DNA from: an uncultured Methanosarcinaceae archaeon
GTDB lineage: Archaea; Halobacteriota; Methanosarcinia; Methanosarcinales; Methanosarcinaceae
Assembly (NCBI GenBank): GCA_963733675.1
Contig: CAVTET010000004.1
Span: 64,001 to 128,000 of the forward strand
Direction: 5' to 3'
Length of the DNA stretch: 64,000 nt
Position numbers and translations under genes: made by a program
Shown here: positions 10,032 to 21,539 of the stretch, one piece after another
Layout: every line of letters begins with the position of its first letter
How positions within the stretch are numbered: the first letter of the stretch is position 1
Notes under the pieces: generated by a model
What the model was told of the DNA's origin: nothing
Database searches by the model: none
The model's input: only the letters and a program-made list of their open reading frames with translations

Positions 10032-10987
10032 ATGATAGAAGTAGAAAAAGGACGGTTAAGCTTCGCGGATTGTCTTACATTTAACGTGGAAAAAGCCAGG
10101 CAGGACATCGTGGAGTTCGTGCGGAACGAGAATTAATTTTGGTAAGGACGGCGTGCTGGTGGGCTGGACTCGTCTACGGTTGCGTACCTGTACTTCGAGG
10201 CACTAGGCAAGGACAAGGTTATGGGCCTGATGCTGCCCGAGCGGGATCCAACCCGAAGAAAATCGATGACGCCATGAACTTGGCTAAGAGCCTCGACATA
10301 CCCCACCAGAAGATCGATATCTAGCACATTATAAAAGATATGGGCGCTTATGACCTCATGTCCCAAGAGGCGTCGGACAGGACGGCCATAGAGCGGAACG
10401 CGCTCGAGTAATTACTGGGAAGGAGTTGCCTTCCACCGAGCACCTGAGCCCAAGATTGTCCCCGGGTCATCCTTGTCGATCATGGATCCGTTAGTTGCTT
10501 TTGGGACAGCCAAAACACGCACGCGGATGATGGTGTTGTACTTTCACTCCCCCCTCAAGAGTTACCTGTTGGTGGGCACCGGCGACAGGTCTGAGTTCAG
10601 CATCGGCGTGTACGACCGTTACGGCGACGGCGCCAACGACATTATCATCCTGAAGCAGCTATACAAAACACAGATAAAGCAGCTGGCAAAATATATTGGG
10701 GTACCCGATCACATCGCAAACAAGCCATCTTCCGGTGACCTGTTTGGGATGGCATACCCAACGAAGCATTCATCGGTTTATCTTATCTAAAGTTGGATGA
10801 CATCTTTTACGGCATCTGTAGCGGTTTTGAAAATAATGTTATTGCCAGCAAGTCGGGCGTGCAACCGTATGTAGTGGAATCTGTTAGGAAGGCAATGAAA
10901 GATGCCAGTTTTGTCGCAAATTTGCCGCTATTGCTGCCTCTGCGTAGATGCACGGGCGGATTGCCACACTGCACGGCCCTGAATTGA
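10032..10987 (+). pseudogene. nadE: NH3-dependent NAD+ synthetase, multiple frameshifts and stops
   Basis: ALGKDKVMGLMLPE, KTRTRMMVLY, VGTGDRSEFSIG..RYGDGANDI, LYKTQIKQLAKYIGVP and KPSSGDL in different frames. Confidence 0.85.
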
Positions 10988-11876
10988 TCGCCGAGGATAT
11001 TGTAGAGGGAATACCTGCAGTTTTGAGAGAAATTTTGGACTTGCAGCATTCCAGATTCAAATCAGATGAAAAGAACAATGGCCTGGAAATTTAAAATAAC
11101 AGAAGTTTTGCCATGGGGATGGAACAAGGCGGAATATAATGCCATGTTCGCTTTCTCAACAGCTACTGTATATAAACCAAGCGCTGCCAGGGTGTGTAAT
11201 CGCTCAAGAAAATATTCAACAGTAACTAAATCTTGGACGAGTATTGTCATTTGAATTATGAATGTGAGGCGAGAATTAGGAGTACTCTTTTTGGGATAGG
11301 CTCATAGTCAAGAGAATTCCGATTTATCTTGGATTTTTTCTTTGCAGAAATCTTACCCAAATTTTTCCTGCGAATTTTTGTATTTGATCTTAGTTTTTCT
11401 CTTCCCGTTCATGATCCTTTGATTTCAAATATAGCTCCTGTTATTCTTAAAATATTTATTTTGTTTTCATTATTATCAACTGATAGCATTTATTGTAGTA
11501 TGATATGTGCTTTTTCCTTTAAATAAGTGTACAAATGCTTTCAAATTTTGGCTGAAACTAAAAAAATATGTAGGTGTATTGTAGCTATAAATCCTAAAAT
11601 ATATTAAAAAATATATAATAATCTAAAACCAGAAAAAAGAAGTTTTGGAAGCATAAAATTTAACTTTTCGTCTTATATTTTACAGATCCTTCGGTAAGAT
11701 GCCTTAATCTGTTTTAGATGTGTGCTTTTCATTATCTGTATTACTTTCTATTAAGACTATAGTTGATTTTAATGTTGATGCTTTTCATTTTGTGTTTTAA
11801 CATACAAATTTATTATAAGATAACTATCATACAAGATTTAGGATTAGGCAAAACAGTATCTTTTCGGGAATAGATT

Positions 11877-12353
11877 ATGGAAAAAATTCTTAAAGTAAAT
11901 GAGAAAGAAAGTTCAACGAAATATATCACCGATGAGGAGCGAAGGCAGTTGCTTACAGCTTTACATTCGCGCCTTTTCTGGGTAGGACAATACGTCCCAA
12001 ATAATATAGAAATCGGGGGAAAAAATTTTCATCTGCACGATTATGTATGGGAATTGATCCAGAAAGAAACGATTACTCAGACAGAGAAGGCGAGTATAGA
12101 TAAATGTATTGAAATAATTTCGACAAAGGAAAAGGAAGATGAGAAGAAGCTGGAAGGACAATCCCTTACACAAGATGAAGCAAAGGCTTTATATCACGAA
12201 ACTGCAGGCCTGCTGCGTGCAATAATGGATCTAAAGGAAATAGAGGACGGAACCCTTAGGGAAAATACAAAACATTTTCAAGAGCAGTTTGGTGAACAAA
12301 GAGTCAAAGATGCTAAGCTCTGGCTTGAATTTATCAAAAAGGTATCCAAGTGA
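11877..12353 (+). CDS. Conserved euryarchaeal hypothetical protein (DUF5788-like)
   Basis: ERRQLLTALHSRLFWVGQYVP...AGLLRAIMDLKE...DAKLWLEF. Confidence 0.75.
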   Translation: MEKILKVNEKESSTKYITDEERRQLLTALHSRLFWVGQYVPNNIEIGGKNFHLHDYVWELIQKETITQTEKASIDKCIEIISTKEKEDEKKLEGQSLTQDEAKALYHETAGLLRAIMDLKEIEDGTLRENTKHFQEQFGEQRVKDAKLWLEFIKKVSK

Positions 12354-12553
12354 AGTGTTGCCAATGAGTAATAATAGGTTTTAATTTACGCTTTACTTAC
12401 ACAGATTTTGTCAAAAATTCTAAAGCTGTTTTACTCACATGGATAAGTGGTCTCTATTACGGCAACTGATGCAACAGAATTTATGAGTTCCTATGCAAGT
12501 TATATCACAGATTTCTGTCGTTATCTATGGAAACATAATCTGTATCTGATTAT

Positions 12554-12760
12554 TTAGTAACTGCACATACAAAGTGCCTATGTTCATATACGTGATATCC
12601 ATCCGAGCTCCTTTGAAATAACGTTCTTCGACGTTTTCTGGGCTCAATTATCTTGGAGACTAAATCCTAAACTTGCGAGTTCTTCGGCCAAACTTGACGG
12701 ATTGAAGCCATGATTTTACATTTGTTCACCAATTTTTTGCAAAAACTCCAATGATTTTTG
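12554..12760 (-). pseudogene. C-terminal remnant of a SAM-dependent methyltransferase (LCM-like)
   Basis: GFNPSSLAEELASLGFSLQDN / ERYFKG / DGYHVYEHRHFVCAV, broken across frames. Confidence 0.5.
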
Positions 12761-12779
12761 CATTTGTGGAGATACTTTC

Positions 12780-14078
12780 TCAGGTTTTTGATCTTTCTAC
12801 AAGTTCTTCTGCAGCTTTTTGCGCATCTTCCATTACTTTTTGCTCATCAAGAACCAGCACCTTGTAATTATCCATTAGTACTTTTCCGTTCACAATTGTT
12901 GTCCTTACATCGCTCCCTTTTGCTGAATACACAATATGGGATCGAACATCGAAGCAGGGGGTAAGGTGTGGCTTTTTCATGTCAAGGATTATCAGGTCCG
13001 CCTTTTTACCAACTGTTAGTATACCTGTTTCCGGATCAAGAGCCTTTGCTCCATTTACTGTCCCCATCTCAATTACCTGCCTGGCAGGAAGGATAATCGG
13101 ATTTAAAGTATTTACTTTATGTAGAAGAGCAGTGGTTTTCATCTCCTCGAAGAGATCGAGGTTATTGTTTGAGGCGCAGCCATCAGTGCCAAGGCTTACA
13201 TTTACACCTTTTTCGAGCATCTTATGTACAGGTGCAATTCCAGAAGCCATTTTCATATTACTCACAACATTGTGGGAAACATTGACTCCTCTTTTTCTCA
13301 AAATCTCTATATCTTTGTCCGAAAGCCATATACAGTGAGCTGCAAGTACGTCAGGGCCAAAAAATCCGATATCATCCAGGAGGTGTACAGAACATTTCCC
13401 ATACTTTTCCTTCATTAATACAAGTTCTGCCTCTGTTTCAAGTACATGGATATGAATTCCAGCTCCATCCTTAGTGGCTTCTTCTCTAACCTTTGCAAGA
13501 AACTCCTCAGAGCAGGTATTAGGGGCATGAGGCCCATACATTGTTTTTATCCTGCCGTCTGCTGCTCCCTGCCATCTTCGGACAAAGCGTTTTCCTTCTT
13601 TAAGGTCCATCTCTCCTTTTTCTTTGTTCCAGAGCTCTATTAGGCCGTGGGAAAGCGAGGCCCGAAGTCCGGATAGCTCAACAGCTTTTGAGGTTTCGTC
13701 CATAAAAAAGTACATATCTGCAAAAAAAGTAGTTCCTGACTTTATCATTTCCAGGCATGCAAGTAGGCTGCCTTGGTAGACATTTTCTGGTGTGAGCCTG
13801 GCTTCAGCAGGCCATATATGTCCATCAAGCCATTCTGAAAGTTGCAGGTCGTCAGCATAACCTCGTAAAAGAGTCATTGCTGCATGAGTATGTGTATTTA
13901 TAAGGCCTGGCATTACTACAGAATTTTTTGCGTCAATTACTGTCTCTGCCCTTTCATTTGTCTTTTCCCCAACTTCCGTAATTCTACCGTCTTCAATAAC
14001 AATGGTTCCATTTTTGAGATCACCAAGATCTAGATCCATCGTTAAAACATAAGCATTTTTTATGATTATGTCAGCCAT
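12780..14078 (-). CDS. mtaD: 5-methylthioadenosine/S-adenosylhomocysteine deaminase (amidohydrolase)
   Basis: PGLINTHTHAAM, GPHAPNTCS, HIHVLET and SLGTDGCASNN motifs. Start placed at MADIIIKN because the longer ORF runs into a MITE. Confidence 0.88.
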   Translation of the reverse strand: MADIIIKNAYVLTMDLDLGDLKNGTIVIEDGRITEVGEKTNERAETVIDAKNSVVMPGLINTHTHAAMTLLRGYADDLQLSEWLDGHIWPAEARLTPENVYQGSLLACLEMIKSGTTFFADMYFFMDETSKAVELSGLRASLSHGLIELWNKEKGEMDLKEGKRFVRRWQGAADGRIKTMYGPHAPNTCSEEFLAKVREEATKDGAGIHIHVLETEAELVLMKEKYGKCSVHLLDDIGFFGPDVLAAHCIWLSDKDIEILRKRGVNVSHNVVSNMKMASGIAPVHKMLEKGVNVSLGTDGCASNNNLDLFEEMKTTALLHKVNTLNPIILPARQVIEMGTVNGAKALDPETGILTVGKKADLIILDMKKPHLTPCFDVRSHIVYSAKGSDVRTTIVNGKVLMDNYKVLVLDEQKVMEDAQKAAEELVERSKT

Positions 14079-14113
14079 ATGATCATTTCCATCAGGTATT
14101 GAGCTAAAGCTTA

Positions 14114-14208
14114 TAAGAGGGGATTTTGATAAATCCCTAAATTTGTCATATGCCCATTTATGGCATATCAATGACCCTTGAAAATCAAAAGTTTATCGAA
14201 ATTCTCTA
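14114..14208. mobile_element. About 95-bp MITE, second subfamily of the AGAG-TTTCGATAAAC type
   Basis: GAGGGGATTTTGATAAATCCC...GTTTATCGAAATTCTCTA; homologous to 40171, 43722 and 52119. Confidence 0.65.
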
Positions 14209-14251
14209 TATTAAATGACTATTATCGATATATGCTCATCGCTGTTTTGTA

Positions 14252-15103
14252 GGTCCCGTTGCAAAAAATTCAAAAAAATATGTAAATCTATAGGTAATTA
14301 ATAAAAATCAGAATATTCAAAGAAAATGCACTAACATTATAAAACTATACCAAACAATTGATTAATGTATTTGACTTCATTAAGAACAGAGTAATTTAAA
14401 TTATTGACTTGTTTTTTTGATCATATTCATAGCTTCAATTCCTTTTAAAGTCTTATTAGCAGATTGAAAAGACTGAAATCCTAACATTGGATTAACGATT
14501 CGCTTTATGGATCTATGATCTTGTTCTATAATGTTATTCAAATACTTGATTTGTCGAATGCCTACGTTTTTAGGTAGTATTTTATCATTTTTCAGTTTAC
14601 CTATAGCAGGTGGATAAGCTGGATTCTTATCAACTGTTATTACTCTTGGAATTTGATTATGATTAGAACTCAAAGCTTTCTTAAAAAATCTCTTCGCTGC
14701 ATTTAGATTTCGTTTTGCACTTAACATGAAATCAATTGTATCTCCATTTGAGTCAACTGCTCGGTAAAAATATTTCCATTTACCTTTTATTTTGATATAG
14801 GTTTCATCAACTTTCCACGAATAGTTTGTTAGTCTTAAATGTCTTCTTATCTTCTTTTCTAGTTCAGGAGAATATTGATGTACCCATCTCATTATAGTAC
14901 TGGGATCAACTTGAATTTCTCTTTCTATCATCATTTCCTTTAAATTTCTACAGCTCAATGGATATTTTAAGTACCATCTTACATTCAATAGGATAATTTC
15001 TCCTTCATAATGCTTCCATTTAAAGGAATTAGATAGCATATTACTATCTTTGGTTTTCTTTTTATTCTATTGTATCATTAGAAAGGATTTTTGCAACGGA
15101 ACC
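14252..15103 (-). mobile_element. IS6-family insertion sequence, copy 2
   Basis: TIRs GGTCCCGTTGCAAAAA and TTTTTGCAACGGAACC; near-identical to copy 1 and in the same orientation. Confidence 0.92.
14401..15039 (-). CDS. IS6-family transposase, frameshifted near the C-terminus
   Basis: Near-identical to 4379-5014. Confidence 0.9.
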   Translation of the reverse strand: MLSNSFKWKHYEGEIILLNVRWYLKYPLSCRNLKEMMIEREIQVDPSTIMRWVHQYSPELEKKIRRHLRLTNYSWKVDETYIKIKGKWKYFYRAVDSNGDTIDFMLSAKRNLNAAKRFFKKALSSNHNQIPRVITVDKNPAYPPAIGKLKNDKILPKNVGIRQIKYLNNIIEQDHRSIKRIVNPMLGFQSFQSANKTLKGIEAMNMIKKTSQ

Positions 15104-15239
15104 AATTCATTAATTTAAGAGGGTATATTTTCAAAAATAGTGAAGTTTACGAGAACCACAAGTCTTTTCCTGTATTCCTCTGGTGAGAAAATCTGATCGG
15201 AAACAACATTTATTATGCAATCACCTGAAAATGATTTGC

Positions 15240-15617
15240 TTACTTCCAATAGGGTTGAATCCCACAGCGCTTATAAACAGATACTAATTCATCACGAGTC
15301 AGATTCCATGCTTCTTCGTCGAAACCTTCTGCTTTTTCTAGGATAGATTTGTCCAACCTCAGAATATAATCACCGCGGTTATACTCAAGAGATTCCCAAG
15401 GGATAGCAAACAATTTGTTACCCATACCTAGCAAGCCGCCAAAAGAAAGTACAACGTATGCTATTCTTCCCTGTTCAGAGTCAATCATGACTTCTTCAAT
15501 CTTTCCGAGGTTTTCCTCTTTGACGTTGACAACCCTATATCCCTTTATTTCAGTTGTCGGCATGAAAGCCATGTTCTTCGAAGCTTGTGTTTCTTCAACT
15601 ATTCCCATACACCTCAA
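15240..15617 (-). CDS. PRC-barrel domain protein
   Basis: EENLGKIEEVMID..GRIAYVVLSFGGLLGMGNKLFAIPW motif. Confidence 0.85.
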   Translation of the reverse strand: MRCMGIVEETQASKNMAFMPTTEIKGYRVVNVKEENLGKIEEVMIDSEQGRIAYVVLSFGGLLGMGNKLFAIPWESLEYNRGDYILRLDKSILEKAEGFDEEAWNLTRDELVSVYKRCGIQPYWK

Positions 15618-15761
15618 CTACTAATTTAAATTAAGGGAAATTTGAGAAAATTGTTTTATAAAATTTGGGATATAAATCCTTCATCCAAAGGTCAAGTATT
15701 AAAATTCTCTCTTCAACTACGTAAGTCCTAAATTTAGATCTATACTTTATAGAAGTTTCTG

Positions 15762-15920
15762 TCACTTGAAGAAAAACGTGATAATTGCAAGTACAATAAA
15801 AATTATGACAAGCCACTTCGCAATCTCCATAGAGAAACCAGCAATTCCCCGTGCGCCTAATATAAATGCAATCAGCGCTAATACTAAAAATGTAACCGCA
15901 AGTCCTATCAAATCCGCCAT
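15762..15920 (-). CDS. DUF1328 (UPF0391) small membrane protein, 52 aa
   Basis: [52 protein letters not shown]; SD AAGGAG; below the ORF-track cutoff. Confidence 0.85.
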   Translation of the reverse strand: MADLIGLAVTFLVLALIAFILGARGIAGFSMEIAKWLVIIFIVLAIITFFFK

Positions 15921-16489
15921 ATTTTACTCTCCTTATTGTAACTAGACTTTGTCATATCAGACAGTTACTCCAGTTATGATCATCGATTTTACTATGAATA
16001 ACATATTTGGCATTCAAAATCAATAGATTTTGTTTTCAAATTCACTTTTAAGACAGTTTGAGGTTTGAAGCTTATCTATTTCTCAGTTCAACCGCGTATA
16101 ATCCTGTATATATCTTCGAATTCTATTATCTCGAATGTGATGCAATCGTTAATATTGCAATGTGTAAAAAATCTTCATGCTTCTGTTTTCTTCGTAATAT
16201 TCAAAGTTATATCTTGTTTTATGGACTATGTTAAATCCTTTTAAATTAGGGATATCCATTAATTTGAGCTGAACGGTCTGATAAATATTTACTTACCTAT
16301 TTTTAGCCTCATGAAGCTGATTTAGATTGGTTCTCTGTAATGTCGGTTTTTTACAATTTCGTTGTTTGAATATAGATTGGGGCGTGGGAGCAAGTTACTG
16401 AAAATAGTAAGCATAAGAATTTCTCAAAATTATCCTAAAAAGGGTAATGTCCTTTTTATCAATGACCCACCTACACTACCCAAGCCTAC

Positions 16490-17050
16490 CTACTTGCAGG
16501 TATCCAAAAGGCCTCTCTTTTTACCTCCCCTATTTTCAGAGGGGTGTATGGGCTCAACTTTACCTTCTTCTACATCTTCTTTTTTTGGTTCTGCCTTCTT
16601 TTCTGTCTGGGCCGTCTTTTCTGATCCTATCTCTACAGGTCTCTCTTTTTCTGTTTGCTCTAAAACCCCTGTCTGCCAGTAAGGCTTGCACCCGTAGCAA
16701 GTATAAATATTGGCGAGCCACTCACGAGTTGAAGTGGCGAGCTGCTCACAAGTTACAGGCCAGTCGTCCTTATCAAAGCCTTCTGCTTTTTCCAGGGTTT
16801 CCTTGCTAACGTTAAGGACGAAAGCGTGCTCATGAGGTCTCACTGTAAGAGCTTCCCAGGGTACAGCAAACAGTTTATTTCCAAGACCCAGGAACCCGCC
16901 AAAAGAGAGTACTGCATATGCTATTCTACCATTTTCTAGATCAATCATTAGGTCTTCAATCTTTCCCAGATGTTCTTTAGCCGTATTGATGACTTTGTCT
17001 CCGTTTATCGTTCTTGCTGTCAAAAATAAAGGAATATTTGCAGTTACCAT
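16490..17050 (-). CDS. PRC-barrel domain protein with a charged C-terminal tail
   Basis: HLGKIEDLMIDLENGRIAYAVLSFGGFLGLGNKLFAVPW. Confidence 0.85.
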   Translation of the reverse strand: MVTANIPLFLTARTINGDKVINTAKEHLGKIEDLMIDLENGRIAYAVLSFGGFLGLGNKLFAVPWEALTVRPHEHAFVLNVSKETLEKAEGFDKDDWPVTCEQLATSTREWLANIYTCYGCKPYWQTGVLEQTEKERPVEIGSEKTAQTEKKAEPKKEDVEEGKVEPIHPSENRGGKKRGLLDTCK

Positions 17051-17084
17051 AATTTTAACTCCCGATACTTAGCTCTATATATGA

Positions 17085-17203
17085 TAGAACTTACGTACTT
17101 GATGATTAAAATAAAGTGCATAAGACAATGTGGTCAAATTTACTATTTTGATAGTTTGAGATCTTTAAGCTTATTGATTTCTCAGTCCAATCGATCAAGT
17201 CCT
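17085..17203. mobile_element. About 120-bp MITE (TTAGGACTTACGCA type), degenerate
   Basis: TAGAACTTACGTACTTG...CAAGTCCT. Confidence 0.5.
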
Positions 17204-17226
17204 TTCGGATCCCTATATTTTTGATT

Positions 17227-18606
17227 TTATTTCAAATTAAAATCACCTTTTTTCGGATCACTGGAAAACCCTCTGATCCCATCATCAGTGCTGTACCCAT
17301 GATGGAGAGTCGACACATCCAGATAGGTGCGTTGTATAATGGCCACATTATCATTCAATAGCTTAAGGTGGTCAACTTTTACTTCAGGCAACTTATTTGG
17401 AAGGAAATTAACGATGTTTCGTATTTTGGGATAGGTAGTGTAGTTGTTTAAAGCTTCATGGAAGACAGTAGTATATTCGTTACCTACATTTCTCCATATC
17501 ATTTTTCTGCCAAAATCATATACATTTTGACGCATAATATTACATTTTTCTGGATTTTCAATTAAGTATAAGAGAGATTTTTTAAAGCCTTCAGTGTCTC
17601 CAAAATCTACAAGTAACCCACGATTATCGGAAAGCATTTCCTCAGCATACCAATAAGGAGTGGAGATGATCGCTTTTCCCATGCCTATGGCATAGGTCAG
17701 AGTCCCGCTTACGATCTGTTCTCTGGAAAGGTAGGGAGATGCATAAATATCACTTGCAAGAATATAATTGCAGAGTTCTTCTTTTTCAACAAACTTATCA
17801 TGGAATACTACATTATTCTCAATCTCAAGTTCGGAAACAATACTCTTAAGATATTGCCTGTATACTTCTCCCTCTTTCTTTTTGATCATAGGATGCGTGG
17901 CGCCCAGAATAAGGTAAACAAGGCCAGGATATTGAGTTATAACATCAGGAAGGGCTTTGAGCAAACTTTCGATACCTTTGTTTTGGCTCAGCAAACCGAA
18001 AGTGAGGATAAGTGGAGACCCTTTGAGATTCAACATCTTTTTATATCTAACACAATTGCTAAACGGATAGTCCGGCATCCCATGGAAGATAACTTGGATT
18101 TTGTCTTTAGAAACTCCATAACTATCTTTTAGTATGTCGACTGCAATCTGGCTCATTACAACAAGTTTGTCGGAATACCTTGCGAGCTTTTCAGTGGATA
18201 CTCGATACTCATCAAGTTCAGGCTCCCGGGTTACAGTGTGCATTGTTGTTATTACAGGCTTGCTTATTCCTGATAGGAGAGCGAAAATGTAATCTCCTGC
18301 GTCCCCCCCAAAAAGACCGAATTCGTGTTGAAGACAGATAACGTCTGCATCGGAATGATTTATAAAATCTGCAGCTCGGTAGTAATCTTCGAGCTTGTTC
18401 CTTTCAATTTGAAAAACAACTTCTTCTGGATAATTACAATTTTCAGAAGGATCGCTCACAGCAATAACTTCACAATGAATGTCGTTATTTTCTACAGAAA
18501 TCGAATTTAAAAGATCAGAAGTAAATGTAGCAATCCCACATTCCTTTGGAACATAGGTTCCTATAAACAATACTCGCAATTTCCTATCCAATCGATCCCT
18601 CCACAC
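17227..18606 (-). CDS. GT4 glycosyltransferase, C-terminal domain apparently truncated
   Basis: GTYVPKECGIATFT, LQHEFGLFGG, QIVSGTLTYA and STPYWYA motifs; ends shortly after HHGYSTDD. Confidence 0.8.
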   Translation of the reverse strand: MWRDRLDRKLRVLFIGTYVPKECGIATFTSDLLNSISVENNDIHCEVIAVSDPSENCNYPEEVVFQIERNKLEDYYRAADFINHSDADVICLQHEFGLFGGDAGDYIFALLSGISKPVITTMHTVTREPELDEYRVSTEKLARYSDKLVVMSQIAVDILKDSYGVSKDKIQVIFHGMPDYPFSNCVRYKKMLNLKGSPLILTFGLLSQNKGIESLLKALPDVITQYPGLVYLILGATHPMIKKKEGEVYRQYLKSIVSELEIENNVVFHDKFVEKEELCNYILASDIYASPYLSREQIVSGTLTYAIGMGKAIISTPYWYAEEMLSDNRGLLVDFGDTEGFKKSLLYLIENPEKCNIMRQNVYDFGRKMIWRNVGNEYTTVFHEALNNYTTYPKIRNIVNFLPNKLPEVKVDHLKLLNDNVAIIQRTYLDVSTLHHGYSTDDGIRGFSSDPKKGDFNLK

Positions 18607-19254
18607 TTATATAATTGTAATTTTACTCCCCATTTTAGCCTTAGATTTTTTATAATAAATTTAGAATACCGTTTAATAATTCACTGGTAAGTTCTACTCA
18701 CACATTCATCACACATTATACGATCAAGATACAATTTGTAAAAAATGGGTTACTTTTGCTGCGTTTTTTGTAAACCTATTTTTGTAAATCTATATCCGGA
18801 TGGATTGATAATTTCAGTAGTCATTTTAACGTTTACAGTATTACCTTATTCAGACACAACTGAAAAACGATTGGAAGAAAGCCCGGAAATTATATTCCTT
18901 ATCCCAATTCCAAAGGTATATTCTCTGAACAACAATATTTCCTGAACATCATCTCGGGGCAATCATTTCTTTTTATCCGCTAGCTCATAATTTATTAGAT
19001 ATAACCTACAAAATAGAATATCCATCTACTTTATTTCTAATTTTTTATATGAAAAAATGTTTATGAACACAAATTATGTTCACGTAGCTAATTATAAAGA
19101 GAAACAATATTTTGATATTAATTATATAATCTTTCATTGTTTTTGGTAATTTTTATAATTTAGTACCAAGTCCATCCCTAAAATGATCTCTACTTTAACA
19201 ACAATGTTTAAAATGATAAAAAAATCCAGAAAATAATAAAAAATCTCAAATTAA

Positions 19255-19349
19255 TAGAGGGTATTTCGATAAACCCTAATTTTTGGCTTGTTGATTATAA
19301 AGCATATCTAAGTAATTTGTTGAAATCGGAAGTTTATCGAAATTATCTA
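19255..19349. mobile_element. About 95-bp MITE
   Basis: Aligns end to end with 9403-9494. Confidence 0.7.
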
Positions 19350-19699
19350 TTAATACAATAGCAAATAATGGATATGGAAATTGAACTAGACAATCACGAT
19401 CTATTTCGAAACACTGAGATTTTTGAAAAAAGTCTTAATTTCGCAAAAGAGCATAGAAAAAGTTTCTCCAATCGTTAGTCGACACTTTTGGAAAAAAATT
19501 TATTGACTGATTCTCAATTCTGAAAAAACTAAAAGTGGTTTCCAGAGAGTTTACACCCTGTTAAAATCCGGTTTCATTTCGGTGGAGTGTTCTTCTGCAA
19601 AGGCTGCACGCCTCTTATCTTCGTCTTCCTTTGACAGGTTAGAACCAATGAGTTCAAACTTCAGATTCTTGAAAATCCTGTTTGTTCCACCCTACTTGT

Positions 19700-20061
19700 C
19701 TAGTAAGGCTCATAGCCATAGTGATTATATACTTTAAATAGCTCCTCATGAGTTAGAGGCAATTTATCCTTATCAAAGCCTTCAGCTTTTTTTAGGACTT
19801 CCTTATCGACATTAAAAGTGATTATCAATATGTGCTCGTAGAGCTTCAATTCAATGACTTGCCAAGGAATAGCAAAAAATTTATTGCCCATACCTAGGAA
19901 CCCACCAAAAGAAAGTACTGCATATGAAGTACTGCATATGATATTCTATCATTTTCCAAATCAATTATTAGGTCTTCAATCTTTCCTAGCCCCTCTCTAG
20001 CCACATTAACAACATCATGTCCTTTGAGCGTGTTTACTGATAAAAATATTGGATTAGTCAT
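19700..20061 (-). pseudogene. PRC-barrel protein, third paralogue, frameshifted
   Basis: A 14-bp tandem duplication AAGTACTGCATATG (19913-19940) breaks the frame; a TAG sits where the paralogues have Trp (PYW). Confidence 0.8.
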
Positions 20062-20111
20062 ATTTCCAACTCCCTAAATAATTTATTTATAATTTGGTTA
20101 CAACCCTTTAA

Positions 20112-20460
20112 TTATTCACCAGCATCAAAACTGGCTTTAAGTTTTTCATCATCTTCATATGAAAGATATGCAGATATTATCATTGCTTTGCACTTGTTTA
20201 GTCTCTCTAGACTAATCTCTAGTCCTATCTAGTACTTTGTCTTCTGTCCATTTCTGACTATTTACCTGTAATTGTCCCTGTAATGACACCAATTGTCATC
20301 TCCAGCCAAGGTCCCCAGAAAACTATTCCTATTAACATGCCCAAAAATGAATCGCCAATCATGCATGTACCCACAAGATATGATGCCTACTTCACCTTGA
20401 TTTTGCCATTGGGATTGTGAATAGGAACCGCTGTATCGTCGAGGTCATCACCCCCTTCTT
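20112..20460 (-). pseudogene. DUF1269-family membrane protein remnant
   Basis: LDDTAV...NGKIKVK*...FLGMLIGIVFWGPWLEMTIGVITG and C-terminal LSYEDDEKLKASF. Confidence 0.6.
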
Positions 20461-20672
20461 TTTAAGCTGATGGATAGTATATGCAAAAGTAAAGATTTGT
20501 TTATATTTTCTGAGTTTTTGATTAATTGCAGTCGATTGCCAGCTGAATTAATGGTAAGTTTTGACGATCTCATAATATATCAAATCGACATCAACAAACT
20601 GATTCTCAGTAGACATAATAGTTACAGTGCATTCATATTTAGGAATTTTAAACATCAATAGTATAATAGCGG

Positions 20673-21539
20673 ATGACCCAATTGATAAAGGGCATAAAAT
20701 TCGTGGTAAAGGAAAGGGATTATGACATGTCTGACCTCAAAGAAAATAATTTTAAAGTGGTTAACCTTGAAAAACCTAACCTTGAAAAACCTAACCTTGA
20801 AAAACCTAACCTTGAAGGGGCTAACCTTGAAGAGGCCAACCTTGAAGGAGCCAACCTTGAAGGGGCTAACCTTGAAAGGGCTAACCTTGAGTGAGCTAAC
20901 CTTAAGTGGGCTAACCTTGTGGGTGCTAACCTTGAGTGGGCTAACCTTAGAGTAACTGGCCTTAAAAGAGTTAACTTTAAAGGAGCTGACCTTAAAAGGG
21001 CTAACCTTGAGTGGGCTAACCTTGAGGGAGCCAACCTTGAAAAAGCTAATCTTGAAGAGACTCACCTTGAAAGCACTCATCTTATAGGAGCTAGCCTTAA
21101 AGAAGCTAATCTTGGAAAGGCTAACCTTCAAAAAGCTAACCTTGAAGGTACAGACCTTGAAGTGGTTGATCTTAAAAAAGCTGACCTTACAGGAGCTGAT
21201 CTCAAAGGAGCGAACCTCAAAGAAGCTGATCTTGGAAGAGCTAACCTTGAAGGAGCTAATCTTATAGAGGCTCACCTTGAAGGAACTAACCTCATCGGAG
21301 CTTACCTTCGAGGAGCTGATCTTAAAGGAGCTAACCTTAGAAGGGCTCATCTTGAAGGTTCAGACTTTGAAGGGGTTGACCTTAAAGGAACTGATCTTCA
21401 AGGAGCTAACCTTGAAGGAGTTCGCAATTTATCATTTGACCAGCTCTCTAGGGTTAAAACACTTTATTATACAAAATTAGACGAAGAGCTCCTTAGATCA
21501 CTAAAAGAAAAATACCCTGCCCTTTTCGAAGTACCATAG
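20673..21539 (+). pseudogene. Pentapeptide repeat protein interrupted by one in-frame TGA (20892-20894)
   Basis: A(N/D)LxG repeats; the two track ORFs are in the same frame; tail LSFDQLSRVKTLY..LKEKYPALF. Confidence 0.85.

Noticed and set aside
11050-11305. Possible IS5 3' remnant ending in TTTTGGGATAGGCTC (a lone similar end is at about 56789)
   Set aside because: Only a TIR-like end; the transposase similarity is too weak to call.
20655-21350. 231-aa minus-strand KVSSF-repeat ORF
   Set aside because: Antisense of the pentapeptide repeats.
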